From Alphaproteobacteria bacterium (GTDB taxonomy: Bacteria > Pseudomonadota > Alphaproteobacteria > SP197): a stretch of 64,000 nucleotides of DNA. The notes under the pieces are model-generated. The model was not told the DNA's origin, did not search any database, and saw only the letters and a program-made list of their open reading frames with translations. Below, piece after piece: positions 1-9,398 of this stretch; within the stretch, counting starts at the first letter, position 1; every line of letters begins with the position of its first letter. The stretch is from NCBI GenBank assembly GCA_965200495.1, contig CBDAUG010000001.1, positions 1,191,406-1,255,405 of the forward strand, read 5' to 3'. The translations under genes and the position numbers were made by a program.

Positions 1-170
1 GTTCGTCCTCCGAAGATCTCGACGTCGCCCGCGCCTGCACTGATGAGCTGATCCCTCGCACGGAGCGCCCGTGGCTCATAGTTTCAGGAGCGGCAGTATT
101 CAATTCTGATCGCTTCACTCATGGGTCTTTCCTTCATCCGGACGCGTCATCCTAGATCACTGTTGCCCGG

Positions 171-2588
171 TCAGCCAAGGAGACGCTTGTTGTCGGGGTC
201 GAACGGTGCCGTCGGGGCAATGCGCGCGCGTCGCAGCTCCCCGAGAATCTCGACGTGCAGGGACGTCGATGACAACGCGATTCCAGGATCGAGATAGGCC
301 AGCGCAATCGACTGTCCCACATGGTGACCAAAGCCTCCCGAGGATACCGTGCCCACCACCTCGCCGTTCATCAGGACCGGTTCGTTTCCCCAGGCGTCGG
401 CATCGTCGGCATCCACAAGCAGGGTCACGAGCCGGTAGCGGGGGCCCTCGTTGTGCGCCTTGCGCAGTGCGTCGCGGCCGATGAAATCACCCTTGTCCAT
501 GGCAACGAAGCGCCCCAGTCCGGCTTCGAACGGCGTCGTGTCGGCAGTGAATTCCGCACCCCAGCGTCCGTAGCCCTTCTCGAGCCGCAGGGAGTCAAGG
601 GCCCTCGCTCCGCAAGCGGCCAGATCGAGATCCGTGCCCGCCGCCGTCAGGGCGGCGTGGAGGGATCGCAGATCATGGCGCCCCACGTGGATTTCGTATC
701 CCAGATCGCCTGTGAAGGCGATACGCATGACGAAGGCCGGCAAGCCGGCAATCTCCATGTGACGTGCCGCCAGGAACGGGAATGAGGCGTTTGAAACGTC
801 CTCATGGGCAAGGCGCCCCAGGAGTGTGCGGGCGTTGGGTCCGGCAATGGCAAAGCCGCCATGGTCGGCGGTGACGCTGCGCAGCGTCACCTCGTGACCG
901 GGCAGGAGGCCCGCGAAGTGACGAAGATGGAAGGCCTCGGCAGCACCGGAGCCGACCAGCCAGAACGCCGTATCGGAGAGTCGTGTCACGGTGAAATCGC
1001 CGATGATCCCGCCAGCGGCATTGAGCATGGGTGCGAGGACCGTGCGTGCGTGCTTCCGGGGAAGGCGGCAGGCCAGCAGTTGATCGAGGAAGGCGGTCGC
1101 GTCCGGACCTTCGACCTCGTAGCGGGCAAAGCCGGTGATCTCGATCATGCCGACGGCCCGGCGCAGCGTCCGGCATTCGCGGCCCACGGCACTGAACCAG
1201 TTGGGTCTCCGGAAGGAGGGGATGTCGCGCGCCTCCTCGCCGGGACCGGCAAACCACAAGGGGCGCTCGAGACCGAAGGCGGCACCGAAGACCGCGCCGT
1301 TCCCAGCCAGCAGATCGTGCACCGGAGACGTCGTCACGGGGCGTCCCGACTCGCGTTCTTCTTCCGGCCAGCCAATGGCAAACCGTTTGGAATAGGTCTC
1401 TGCCGAGCGCGCCAGGACAAAGGTCCGGTCGGCCCAGTCGCCGAAGCGGGTGACATCGAGCGGCATCATGTCCAGCGGCGGCACGCCTTCGAGCATCCAC
1501 GCGGCCAGCGCCCAGCCGACGCCGGCGCTCTGGGAGAATCCCGGGATCATGCCGGCGGCGACAAAGTGGCCTTCCCTGCCCGGAACAGGACCGACAAGGG
1601 CCGCGCCGTCGGGCGACCACATCATCGGGCCGTTGACGACCCGCTTTACCCCGGCGGATCCGAGGCAGGGAACGATGCCGATGGCAGCCTCCATGTTGGC
1701 CGAGATGCGGCCGATGTCGTCAGGCAGGAGTTCCATGCCGAAGTCGTGCGGCGTGCCGTCAACGGCCCAGTGCACACCGTTGCGCTCATAGCACCCGATC
1801 AACATGCCGCTGCCTTCCTGGCGCATGTAGAATTCGCTGTCCTGGTCGCGGGTCAGCGGAATTTCACCGTCCAGCGCCGCGACCTCGGCGATGTCGTCGG
1901 TGACGACATACTGGTGTTCCATGGGAACGAGCGGCAGCGTGTAGCCGGCCATGGCAGCCACCTCCCTCGCCCACAGTCCTGCAGCATTGACGACCGTTTC
2001 GGCAACCACCGTGCCGGCGTCTGTCACGACGTCCCAGTCGCCGTCGCGGCGGCGCGCGAAGCCGGTCACCGGCGTGTTTCTCACGATGACACCACCAGCC
2101 TGGCGCACGCCCCGCGCAAAGGCATGGGTCACCCCGGAAGGATCGACGTGGCCGTCCGTTGCCCCCCACATGCCGCCCAGAATCCGGCTGGTATCGACAA
2201 GCGGATTGAGCCTGCGGATGTCGTCGAGGCCGATGATCTCGAAATCCTGCCCGAGATAGCGGGCCCGCGCCCTCTGGATCTTCAGTTCGTCAAGGCGGTC
2301 TGTGCTGGTGGCAAGATAGAGTCCGCCGCAGCGATGCAGACCGCAGGACTGCCCGGTTTCTTCCTCGAGGCTGTCATAGAGCCTCAGCGAATAGTCCTGC
2401 AGGCGGGCAAGGCTGGTGTTGGCGTGCATGGCATGGATGTTGGCGGCGGCATGCCATGTCGACCCCGACGTCAGGTCCGCGCGCTCAAGCAGCAGGACGT
2501 CGCGGCAGCCGGCGCGCACCAGGTGCCAGGCGATCGCGCAACCAAGAACGCCGCCACCCACGATGACGACACGGGCATGGGACTTCAT
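171..2588 (-). CDS. Dimethylglycine/sarcosine dehydrogenase family protein (FAD-dependent oxidoreductase fused to GcvT-like aminomethyltransferase domain)
   Basis: ORF 171..2702(-) trimmed to the ATG at 2588. The N-terminus VVIVGGGVLGCAIAWHL is an FAD dinucleotide-binding fold. The C-terminal roughly 400 aa has GcvT-like folate-binding sequence. There is a GGAG-like RBS just upstream (GAGGACATGTCCCG ATG). About 805 aa is typical for DMGDH/SarDH. Confidence 0.8.
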   Translation of the reverse strand: MKSHARVVIVGGGVLGCAIAWHLVRAGCRDVLLLERADLTSGSTWHAAANIHAMHANTSLARLQDYSLRLYDSLEEETGQSCGLHRCGGLYLATSTDRLDELKIQRARARYLGQDFEIIGLDDIRRLNPLVDTSRILGGMWGATDGHVDPSGVTHAFARGVRQAGGVIVRNTPVTGFARRRDGDWDVVTDAGTVVAETVVNAAGLWAREVAAMAGYTLPLVPMEHQYVVTDDIAEVAALDGEIPLTRDQDSEFYMRQEGSGMLIGCYERNGVHWAVDGTPHDFGMELLPDDIGRISANMEAAIGIVPCLGSAGVKRVVNGPMMWSPDGAALVGPVPGREGHFVAAGMIPGFSQSAGVGWALAAWMLEGVPPLDMMPLDVTRFGDWADRTFVLARSAETYSKRFAIGWPEEERESGRPVTTSPVHDLLAGNGAVFGAAFGLERPLWFAGPGEEARDIPSFRRPNWFSAVGRECRTLRRAVGMIEITGFARYEVEGPDATAFLDQLLACRLPRKHARTVLAPMLNAAGGIIGDFTVTRLSDTAFWLVGSGAAEAFHLRHFAGLLPGHEVTLRSVTADHGGFAIAGPNARTLLGRLAHEDVSNASFPFLAARHMEIAGLPAFVMRIAFTGDLGYEIHVGRHDLRSLHAALTAAGTDLDLAACGARALDSLRLEKGYGRWGAEFTADTTPFEAGLGRFVAMDKGDFIGRDALRKAHNEGPRYRLVTLLVDADDADAWGNEPVLMNGEVVGTVSSGGFGHHVGQSIALAYLDPGIALSSTSLHVEILGELRRARIAPTAPFDPDNKRLLG

Positions 2589-3260
2589 CGGGACATGTCC
2601 TCGGCAAGGGGGAGTCCGGCCGCCATCCCGGTCAGCCGGTGCCGGCGGCGCGCGTGATGTTCTGAAGGCGGACACGAGGACATTGCCGTCAGAACTCTGC
2701 ATTCATGATGTGGCCGAGCGTGGTGCGGTCTGCTCCCTGCTGCACGCCCTGCCCGCGGAACCCGGGGATTGGCGACGCGTCGGCCGCTGGCGGCAGCGTC
2801 ATGCGTTCTCCCGTCTCAGCCCGTTGTTGCCTTCGGTGGCCGTTCTCATCTTTTCTCCGTATCCGTGTGCGAGGCCGGGATGACGTGGCGGTTCGTCGTT
2901 GGTTTCGATGGTTGTGCTCTCAAGTAAAACACCCTTATGTCATTGAGATTAAAACCTTAAGTAAAAAGACGGTTTTCTGTCCTGCAAAGGGCCGCCGGAT
3001 GACGGCGGCGGGTCGTTTGTGGGCGACTGTGTAGCAACCACCGTGCTTCTGCACAAATCCCGCTTCTCGCTGCGCGGACCGGCGTCGACGCCTGCGGACC
3101 GGAAGATGACCTGCAACCGTCATCGTCGTTGTTGCGCGAGGTGATCAGCGGACTGGCGGGCCGCCCTTCAAACGGTTGTTCGAAAGCGCCGGGGCCTGTG
3201 CCATGGTAGGAGCAGCATTGCGGCAAGACCCTCCCACTGGAACAGGATCCGGATCGAACA

Positions 3261-4448
3261 ATGCGCCAGCCCCTTCGGCGCAGGCCGTCCATGCTGGTTC
3301 TGGTGATGATCGCGTCGATCGGTCCCCTGGCGCTGCAGGTCCTGGTCCCTGCGATGCCAGGCCTCGCCAGCGACTTCGACACGGATTTTTCCGTCACCCA
3401 GTTGTCTCTTTCGGTGTACCTGATCGGCATTGTGGCGGGGCAACTCGTCTATGGTCCGTTCTCCGACCGCTTTGGCCGCCGTCCGGTGCTCATCACCGGG
3501 CTCGTGGTCTATATCGGTGGCACGCTCTTTTGCCTGGTGGCCTGGAACATCGAGGCGCTCATCATCGGCCGGGCGTTGCAGGCCCTGGGCGGCAGCGCAG
3601 GGATCGTGCTGGCGCGTGCCATCATCAGGGACATGCATGATCGCGAGGGATCGGCGCAGATGCTGGCCTACGTGACGGCCGGCATGATTGTCGCGCCGAT
3701 GGTCGGCGCCATCGCCGGTGGCTACCTCTACGAGTGGTATGGCTGGCAGTCGGTCATGATTCTGGCGCTCACCATCGGTCTTCTCGTGACCGGAGTGTGC
3801 ATCGTCGTTCTGAGCGAAACCAACACGAAGCGCACATCCCGGACCTCGTTTCGGGACATGGTGAGGGATTGCGCGCGCCTCCTCGGCAAGCGGCTGTTCC
3901 TCGGCTACGCCCTGCAGGTCTCCTTCACCACGGCGACGTTCTTCACCTTCCTGGGAGGCGCATCGGCCGTGGCGGTGACCATCTACGAGCGCAGTCCGTC
4001 CGAGTACGCTCTCTGGTTCATGCTGGTGTCAGGCAGCTATATGACCGGCAATTTCATCTCCGGGCGGATCAGCCGCCGGATCGGCATCGACCGCATGATC
4101 ACCATCGGAACGACAGTCTCCTCCTTGGCCGCTCTCGTCATGGTGGCCCTTTTTCTCTTCGGCTGGTTCGGGCTGGTTCATTTCTTCGTGCTGGCAGGGG
4201 TGATGTCCCTGGGCAACGGTTTCAGCATGCCCAACGGCTTCGCCGGCATCGTCAGCGTGGAGCCTGGCCGCGCCGGGACGGCATCGGGTCTCTCCGGCGC
4301 CCTGCAGATGGGTCTGGGCGCCATCGCCATGACCGTTGTCGGCCACACCCTGACGGACAGCGCAATGCCGGTGATTGTCATCATGCTGATCCTTGCGTTT
4401 CTGGCGCTGATCGCCCATGTGCATGGCACAGGAGGAGACGCACCTTGA
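3261..4448 (+). CDS. MFS transporter, Bcr/CflA-like drug efflux family
   Basis: 395 aa with about 12 predicted TM helices. The N-terminal motif GPLALQVLVPAMPGLASDF...GPFSDRFGRRPV matches the MFS signature (D-R/K-x-G-R-R/K). The alternative start at 3291 (MLVLV) cannot be excluded. Confidence 0.75.
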   Translation: MRQPLRRRPSMLVLVMIASIGPLALQVLVPAMPGLASDFDTDFSVTQLSLSVYLIGIVAGQLVYGPFSDRFGRRPVLITGLVVYIGGTLFCLVAWNIEALIIGRALQALGGSAGIVLARAIIRDMHDREGSAQMLAYVTAGMIVAPMVGAIAGGYLYEWYGWQSVMILALTIGLLVTGVCIVVLSETNTKRTSRTSFRDMVRDCARLLGKRLFLGYALQVSFTTATFFTFLGGASAVAVTIYERSPSEYALWFMLVSGSYMTGNFISGRISRRIGIDRMITIGTTVSSLAALVMVALFLFGWFGLVHFFVLAGVMSLGNGFSMPNGFAGIVSVEPGRAGTASGLSGALQMGLGAIAMTVVGHTLTDSAMPVIVIMLILAFLALIAHVHGTGGDAP

Positions 4449-4477
4449 TGATCATGCCGAACCGGGAGATGCAGCGT

Positions 4478-5448
4478 TGAAAGCCTTGCTGTGCCGAGCG
4501 TGGGGTGGACCTGAAGATCTTGTCGTGGATGATGTGGCGGACCCTGAGCCCGGCCCCGGTGACATTGTCGTCCGCGTCGAAGGCTGCGGCGTGAATTTCG
4601 CCGATACCCTCATCATCCAGGGTGCCTACCAGGTGAAGCCCGAACACCCGTTCACGCCGGGCATGGAAGTGGCCGGCACGGTCCTGAAGACCGGGTCAGG
4701 GGTGGACAACGTCAAGCCCGGCGATGCGGTCATCGCCATGCCCGGTGTCGGTGGTTTCGCCGAGCAGGTGGTGTGCAAGGCTTCTCAGGCGATGCGGCGT
4801 CCCGCCGGCATCGATGCTGTGACAGCCGCCGCCATTCCCATCGCCTATGGTACGGCTCACATCGGCCTCGAGGTGCGGGGCAGGCTTCAACCGGGCGAGA
4901 GTCTCCTCGTGCACGGAGCGTCGGGTGGTGTCGGCCTTGCTGCAGTCGAGGTCGGCAAGGCCATGGGCGCCCTCGTCATTGCCACGGCGAGCAGCGCCGA
5001 CAGGCTGGAGACGGCACGCCGTCACGGTGCGGATCACGTCATCAACTATGGTGACGGCGAATTCCGTGGCGAGGTCAAGGAGATCACCAAGGGTGGCGCC
5101 GACGTCATCTTCGATCCCGTCGGTGGTGACGTCTTCGACCAGTCATTGCGCTGCATTGCCTGGGAAGGACGTCTGCTCACCATCGGATTTGCCTCGGGCC
5201 GCATCCCCCAGGCGCCGGCCAACATCCTGCTGGTCAAGAACATCTCCGTCGTCGGCGTTCACTGGTCCAACTATCGTGAAAGCCGGCCCGCACTCCTCGA
5301 ACGCTCCTTCGGGCAGATCTTCACATGGATGTCCGAAGGCGCACTGCGCCCGCTGGTCTCGAGAACCTTTACCCTCAAGGAGGCGCCGCAAGCCCTTGCC
5401 GATCTCGCCGGACGCCGGGCCCGCGGCAAGATCGTGGTCATTCCCTGA
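4478..5448 (+). CDS. NADPH:quinone oxidoreductase / zinc-type alcohol dehydrogenase superfamily (Qor-like)
   Basis: ORF 4417..5448. Qor-like N-terminus (L)KALLCRAWGGPEDLVV...GDIVVRVEGCGVNFAD and nucleotide-binding GASGGVGLAAVE. I chose the TTG at 4478 as start because it gives MKALLCRAWGG typical of the family, a GGGAGA RBS precedes it, and it avoids overlap with the upstream MFS gene. The ATG at 4417 is the alternative. Confidence 0.7.
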
Positions 5449-5463
5449 CATGGCGAGGAAGAC

Positions 5464-6246
5464 ATGATGAGACATCAAGGCAGGATTGCGGTGGTCACCG
5501 GGGCCGCCCAGGGCATCGGGCTTGCCTGTGCCAGGCGGCTGGCGGGAGAGGGTGCGCTGGTCGTCATGGGGGATGTCCAGGGTGCGAAAGTCGCCGAAGA
5601 GGCAGCGTCGCTGGGCGCCGTCGCCATGACCGTGGACGTGTCGCGTCGCGAGGACGTCGATGCGCTTGTCCGGTGCGCCCTTGATACCCACGGCAGGCTC
5701 GACATCATGGTCAACAATGCCGGTGTCGGTTTCAACGCCGGCGTTCTCGACATCGCCGAGGAGGATTTCGACCGCGTCCTCGGTGTCAATCTCAAGGGCG
5801 TGCTGTTCGGCTCGCAAGCCGCGGGCCGCGTCATGGTGGAGCAGGCGTCCGGCGGCGCCATCGTCAACATGTCTTCGGTCCAGGCAGAACTTGCCATTCC
5901 CAACAGTGTTGCCTACGGCGTCTCGAAGGCGGGGATCAACCAGCTGACAAGGATCTTTTCCGTCGCTCTGGCAAGCCACAATGTCAGGTGCAACGCCGTG
6001 GGGCCAGGCACCATACTGACCGACATGGCACGCGGCGCCGTGCTCTCCAGCGACGAGGCCTACCGCATGATCCTCTCGCGCACGCCGCTGGGTCGCCTCG
6101 GCGAGGCGGACGAGGTCGCGCGCGTCGTGTCGTTTCTGGCAAGCGACGATGCAGCCTATGTCACGGGCCAGGTCATCTATCCCGACGGCGGACGCATGCC
6201 GGTGAACTACACCGTGCCGGTGGAGACGCTGCCCGCCATAGAATGA
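5464..6246 (+). CDS. Short-chain dehydrogenase/reductase (SDR) family oxidoreductase
   Basis: 260 aa. TGAAQGIGLA Rossmann motif, NNAG motif, and a YxxxK catalytic region (SVAYGVSKAG). GAGGAAG RBS before the ATG. Confidence 0.85.
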   Translation: MMRHQGRIAVVTGAAQGIGLACARRLAGEGALVVMGDVQGAKVAEEAASLGAVAMTVDVSRREDVDALVRCALDTHGRLDIMVNNAGVGFNAGVLDIAEEDFDRVLGVNLKGVLFGSQAAGRVMVEQASGGAIVNMSSVQAELAIPNSVAYGVSKAGINQLTRIFSVALASHNVRCNAVGPGTILTDMARGAVLSSDEAYRMILSRTPLGRLGEADEVARVVSFLASDDAAYVTGQVIYPDGGRMPVNYTVPVETLPAIE

Positions 6247-6345
6247 CGCACAACGCCCGACTGCTTCAGCGACCGTCTCCAGGAACATTGCGGGCTTGCC
6301 GGGGCATCGATGCATGATTCCCTTGCCATGGCGGCGGCGTCCTAG

Positions 6346-7470
6346 TCATCGCGAGCGCCCGATGAAGGGCAGAGTCGTGACCTCTCCGTCACGCTCGCCG
6401 TCCGGCGTGGCGACCGACACCCGCGTTCCCGGATCCCAGGCGCTGCTTTCCACCATGGCAAGGGCGATGGTGGCGCCGAGGTCGGGTGAAAAGGCCGCGG
6501 ATGTCACCTGTCCGGCCGGTGCGCCTGACACAAGCAGGGGCCAGGGTTCAACACATGCTGGCGCCGCGGCGCCATCGAACCTGATGCCGCGGATCATCCT
6601 GTCGGGACCGCCCGCGTTGCGGATGCGCTCAAGGGCGTCACGGCCGATGAACTCCACGGGTGAGTCCAGATTCACGAAACGCCCGAGGGCACACTCGAAG
6701 GGATTGTTCTCGATTGTCATGTCGTTGCCGTGCGAGAGAAGGGCTCCCTCGATGCGCTCGATGAGATTCGGACAGCCCGGCCCCACGTGAAGATCCCGGC
6801 CGGCGTCGAAAAGCGCATCCCAAAGAGCCTGCCCGATGGCCGCATCGTCGATGTAGATCTCGAACCCGCCCTGCCTGGACCATCCCGAACGCGCCACCAC
6901 GAAGGCATGACCGGCAAAGGGCAGTGCCGCGAAGCCGAAGAAGCGGATGGTGCGCACCTGATCGCCGAGCACTCTCGAGAGGAGGTCGTCTGCCCTTGGA
7001 CCCTGTACGGCGATGGGGCCGACGCCCGGCTCGAAGACGCGTGCGTCGAGATCCAGGCCAAGGGCCAGGCCCTTGCCCCACAGGGCAACGTCGGAATCGG
7101 CGAGGGAAATCCAGAAACGGTCTTCCGCGAGCCGCAGAATGACCGGATCGTTGATCATGCCTCCCGTCTCGTCCACCATTGGCGCATAGGCACACCGGCC
7201 CGGAGCCAACCGGGAAACATCGCGCGACGTCATCAGTTGCACGAGGCGTGCGGCGTGCGGACCGACCACCTCGACCTGCTGTTCGCAGGTCACGTCCCAG
7301 ACCTGAACATGGCGCTTGAGGTGGTGGTAATCCTCCTCGAACCCGCGGAAGAACGTCGGCAGGAGCATGTGGTTGTAGACGGTGAACCCGCCGACGCCCT
7401 GCGCCTCGATACGTGACGTGAACGGTGTGCGGCGGGTGCGGCGCGACATCGAGATCACTGGCTCGTGCAT
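6346..7470 (-). CDS. Aminomethyltransferase-family (GcvT fold) protein, DmdA-like; candidate dimethylsulfoniopropionate demethylase
   Basis: ORF 6346..7923(-) trimmed to the ATG at 7470 (MHEPVISMSRRTRRTPF...), giving about 375 aa, as expected for single-domain GcvT/DmdA proteins. GcvT-fold motifs (FTVYNHMLLP, VQVWDVTCEQQVEV, GGFEIYIDD) and a C-terminal barrel are present. DmdA specificity is inferred from resemblance only. Confidence 0.65.
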   Translation of the reverse strand: MHEPVISMSRRTRRTPFTSRIEAQGVGGFTVYNHMLLPTFFRGFEEDYHHLKRHVQVWDVTCEQQVEVVGPHAARLVQLMTSRDVSRLAPGRCAYAPMVDETGGMINDPVILRLAEDRFWISLADSDVALWGKGLALGLDLDARVFEPGVGPIAVQGPRADDLLSRVLGDQVRTIRFFGFAALPFAGHAFVVARSGWSRQGGFEIYIDDAAIGQALWDALFDAGRDLHVGPGCPNLIERIEGALLSHGNDMTIENNPFECALGRFVNLDSPVEFIGRDALERIRNAGGPDRMIRGIRFDGAAAPACVEPWPLLVSGAPAGQVTSAAFSPDLGATIALAMVESSAWDPGTRVSVATPDGERDGEVTTLPFIGRSR

Positions 7471-7856
7471 GGTCCTGTCCCTGGTGGCCGAGAAGGCCCT
7501 CAATCGTGCTACGCTCGGCCGCCGGTGTATAGTTTTCCTCGACAGGGTCAGGACATGGTGAAACGCGACATCCTGCAGAAACTCTGCGGCAGCAGGGATC
7601 CGGTCCATGATTCCTGCGCCGAAACCTGTGATGCGACAATCTTCACGACACTGAACGACCGGGATCACGGGCTCGTTGTCGATGCCGTGCGGTCCCGTCC
7701 TGGCGACGATGCGAGGGTCCTTGATGCCGGAGCAGGCAGGGGATTTACCCATGTCGGCGCCATGGATGCCGGTGCCCTGGATCTCTCGGCGGGCATGATC
7801 GTCAAACACGAGAGGCTTGATCTGTTTCGCGATGCGCCACGACCGCTTACCGGCGG

Positions 7857-8645
7857 GTGTCGCCGTGCATGGGTGAGCGAGCCATGCGAGCCCATGCCGG
7901 GCGGTATGCCGGAACTCCGGCACAGGACCTGGCTTTTCCGGGTCATGTCGGGGCGTGCGGCAGCGTGACGGGCGCCGACCCGAAACCCGGACGCCCGGTA
8001 TGCGTGTGGGATCGCCCGACGCGGGTGTTTCACTGGGTTCTCGTCGTGCTTTTCGTCGTTTGCTATGTCAGCGGCGACCGTGGCAGGTTCGACATTCACA
8101 TCATGGCAGGAGAGGCCCTGCTGATCCTTGTCGTGGCGCGGATCATCTGGGGGTTCGTGGGCAGCGACACTGCCCGGTTTCGGCACTTCCTGCGCCCCCC
8201 GGGCGAGATCATGGCCCATGTGCGGTCCCTTGGTGAGCGACGGCCCGGCCACGAGGTCGGTCACAATCCCCTGGGAGGGCTTTCCGTTGTCCTGATGCTG
8301 TTCCTTCTCGTCATCCACACGGGTTCCGGGCTCCTTGCGGTGGATGTCGACGGATGGAACGAAGGACCGCTGTCGCATCTCGTGAGTTACGAAGCAGCGC
8401 GCAGTGCCTCGGCTGTTCACGCCATCACGGTTGACATGCTGCTCGTGCTGGTCGCCCTCCACGTGGCGGCTGTCGGATTTCACTGGCTCTACAGGCGCGA
8501 CAACCTCATCGGTCCCATGGTGACGGGCCGCAAGCGCCTTCCTCCGCAACGTGAGGCTCCGCGTCTCGTCGCGGACATCCGTGCCCTTGCCGCCCTTGCC
8601 ATTGCCGCTGCAGTGGTGTGCGCAGTGCTGTCGCTTGCCGGGTAG
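7857..8645 (+). CDS. Cytochrome b561 family (Ni/Fe-hydrogenase-type b cytochrome, CybB/YodB-like)
   Basis: VWDRPTRVFHWVLVVLFVVCYVSGD is the canonical start of the cytochrome b561 bacterial family. Four TM helices with conserved His residues are present. The start is uncertain: ATG at 7857, ATG at 7884, or the GTG near 7966. Confidence 0.7.
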   Translation: MSPCMGERAMRAHAGRYAGTPAQDLAFPGHVGACGSVTGADPKPGRPVCVWDRPTRVFHWVLVVLFVVCYVSGDRGRFDIHIMAGEALLILVVARIIWGFVGSDTARFRHFLRPPGEIMAHVRSLGERRPGHEVGHNPLGGLSVVLMLFLLVIHTGSGLLAVDVDGWNEGPLSHLVSYEAARSASAVHAITVDMLLVLVALHVAAVGFHWLYRRDNLIGPMVTGRKRLPPQREAPRLVADIRALAALAIAAAVVCAVLSLAG

Positions 8646-8648
8646 TGT

Positions 8649-9122
8649 TCAGTGGTCCTCGGCGCGGAAGACCGCATGACAGCCGCCGCACCCGTCGCGC
8701 CCAAGGGCCATGAAGGCCTCGGTCTGCGAGTCGCCATCTCCCGACGCCAGCGCCGTCTCGAGCATGGTCGCCCGCTCTCCCAGGAGTTGTGATGCCATCT
8801 CGAAGTCGGACCAGTTTTCCCAGATGGCATCGAGAGCGCCGGTTCGGGGCAGGGCGTCGACGCCGGTCCCCGGGGGAAAGAGCGATGGAATGGCGGCAGC
8901 TGCGTCCTTCAGGGCGCCGGTTGCCGCCAGAGCCTCCCCGGCACTGTTGCGGCCGGAGAGGAAACTCTTGATGGTCCGCATGGCTATTCCTATCTCTTTC
9001 ATGACCACGTGGCGCTCCTGGCCCAGCCTTTCGGCGTCCTCGAGGCTGACGATGTCGTCGCCCGACCAGGCCGCGGATCCCAGCACCACAGAAACAATCA
9101 CCGTCAGGATGGACTTACGCAT
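8649..9122 (-). CDS. Cytochrome c' (class II c-type cytochrome)
   Basis: ORF 8649..9170(-), start moved to the ATG at 9122, which has a GGAGGA RBS 8 nt upstream. It has a signal peptide (MRKSILTVIVSVVLGSAAWSG). The single CXXCH heme site (CGGCH) lies near the C-terminus, as in cytochrome c'/c556. Confidence 0.8.
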   Translation of the reverse strand: MRKSILTVIVSVVLGSAAWSGDDIVSLEDAERLGQERHVVMKEIGIAMRTIKSFLSGRNSAGEALAATGALKDAAAAIPSLFPPGTGVDALPRTGALDAIWENWSDFEMASQLLGERATMLETALASGDGDSQTEAFMALGRDGCGGCHAVFRAEDH

Positions 9123-9398
9123 GGCCGGTCCTCCACTTCTCAAGATGTGCAAGAGACTGAAACAGGTCATGTGGAGCCCGCAAGCCCCCGGCGCCGCTGT
9201 GAACGCAATCCGGCTGCCAGGGATCCGTCACGGAGCCTTGCGCAAGGGATCGCAACGAAGCCCGGACTTGACCCGGCATCACGATTGCGTAAATCGTGAG
9301 GCCTGCCCGGGTCACGGTGACATGGACCAGGCGGCCGATACGGTCCCGTGTCATGGGTCACGACAACCGGCTTTTTTTCAGGGCGGGGAGGTGCAGCA

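Noticed and set aside
1-170. Possible 3' end of a plus-strand gene terminating at about 49-51, or a minus-strand start at about 125
   Set aside because: Neither option can be supported. The plus-strand frame gives only 16 codons inside the window. The minus-strand ATG at 125 hits a stop after 12 codons.
804-2657. 617-aa ORF on the plus strand antisense to the DMGDH gene. Similar long antisense ORFs occur at 10835-12085, 16895-18448, 19706-21127, 23446-24504, 32016-33329, 42280-43545, 44121-45587, 54004-55722 and 61109-62677.
   Set aside because: These are typical high-GC antisense artefacts. Each lies wholly inside a gene with clear family motifs on the opposite strand. They lack RBSs and recognizable domains, and their third-position GC bias follows the sense gene.
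7558-7860. Possible roughly 100-aa ORF (MVKRDILQKLCGS...) in the divergent DmdA-like/cytochrome b561 intergenic region
   Set aside because: It has weak RBS-like context and only moderate third-position GC (about 65% versus about 85% in neighbouring genes), with no recognizable motif. It is more likely promoter/UTR sequence.
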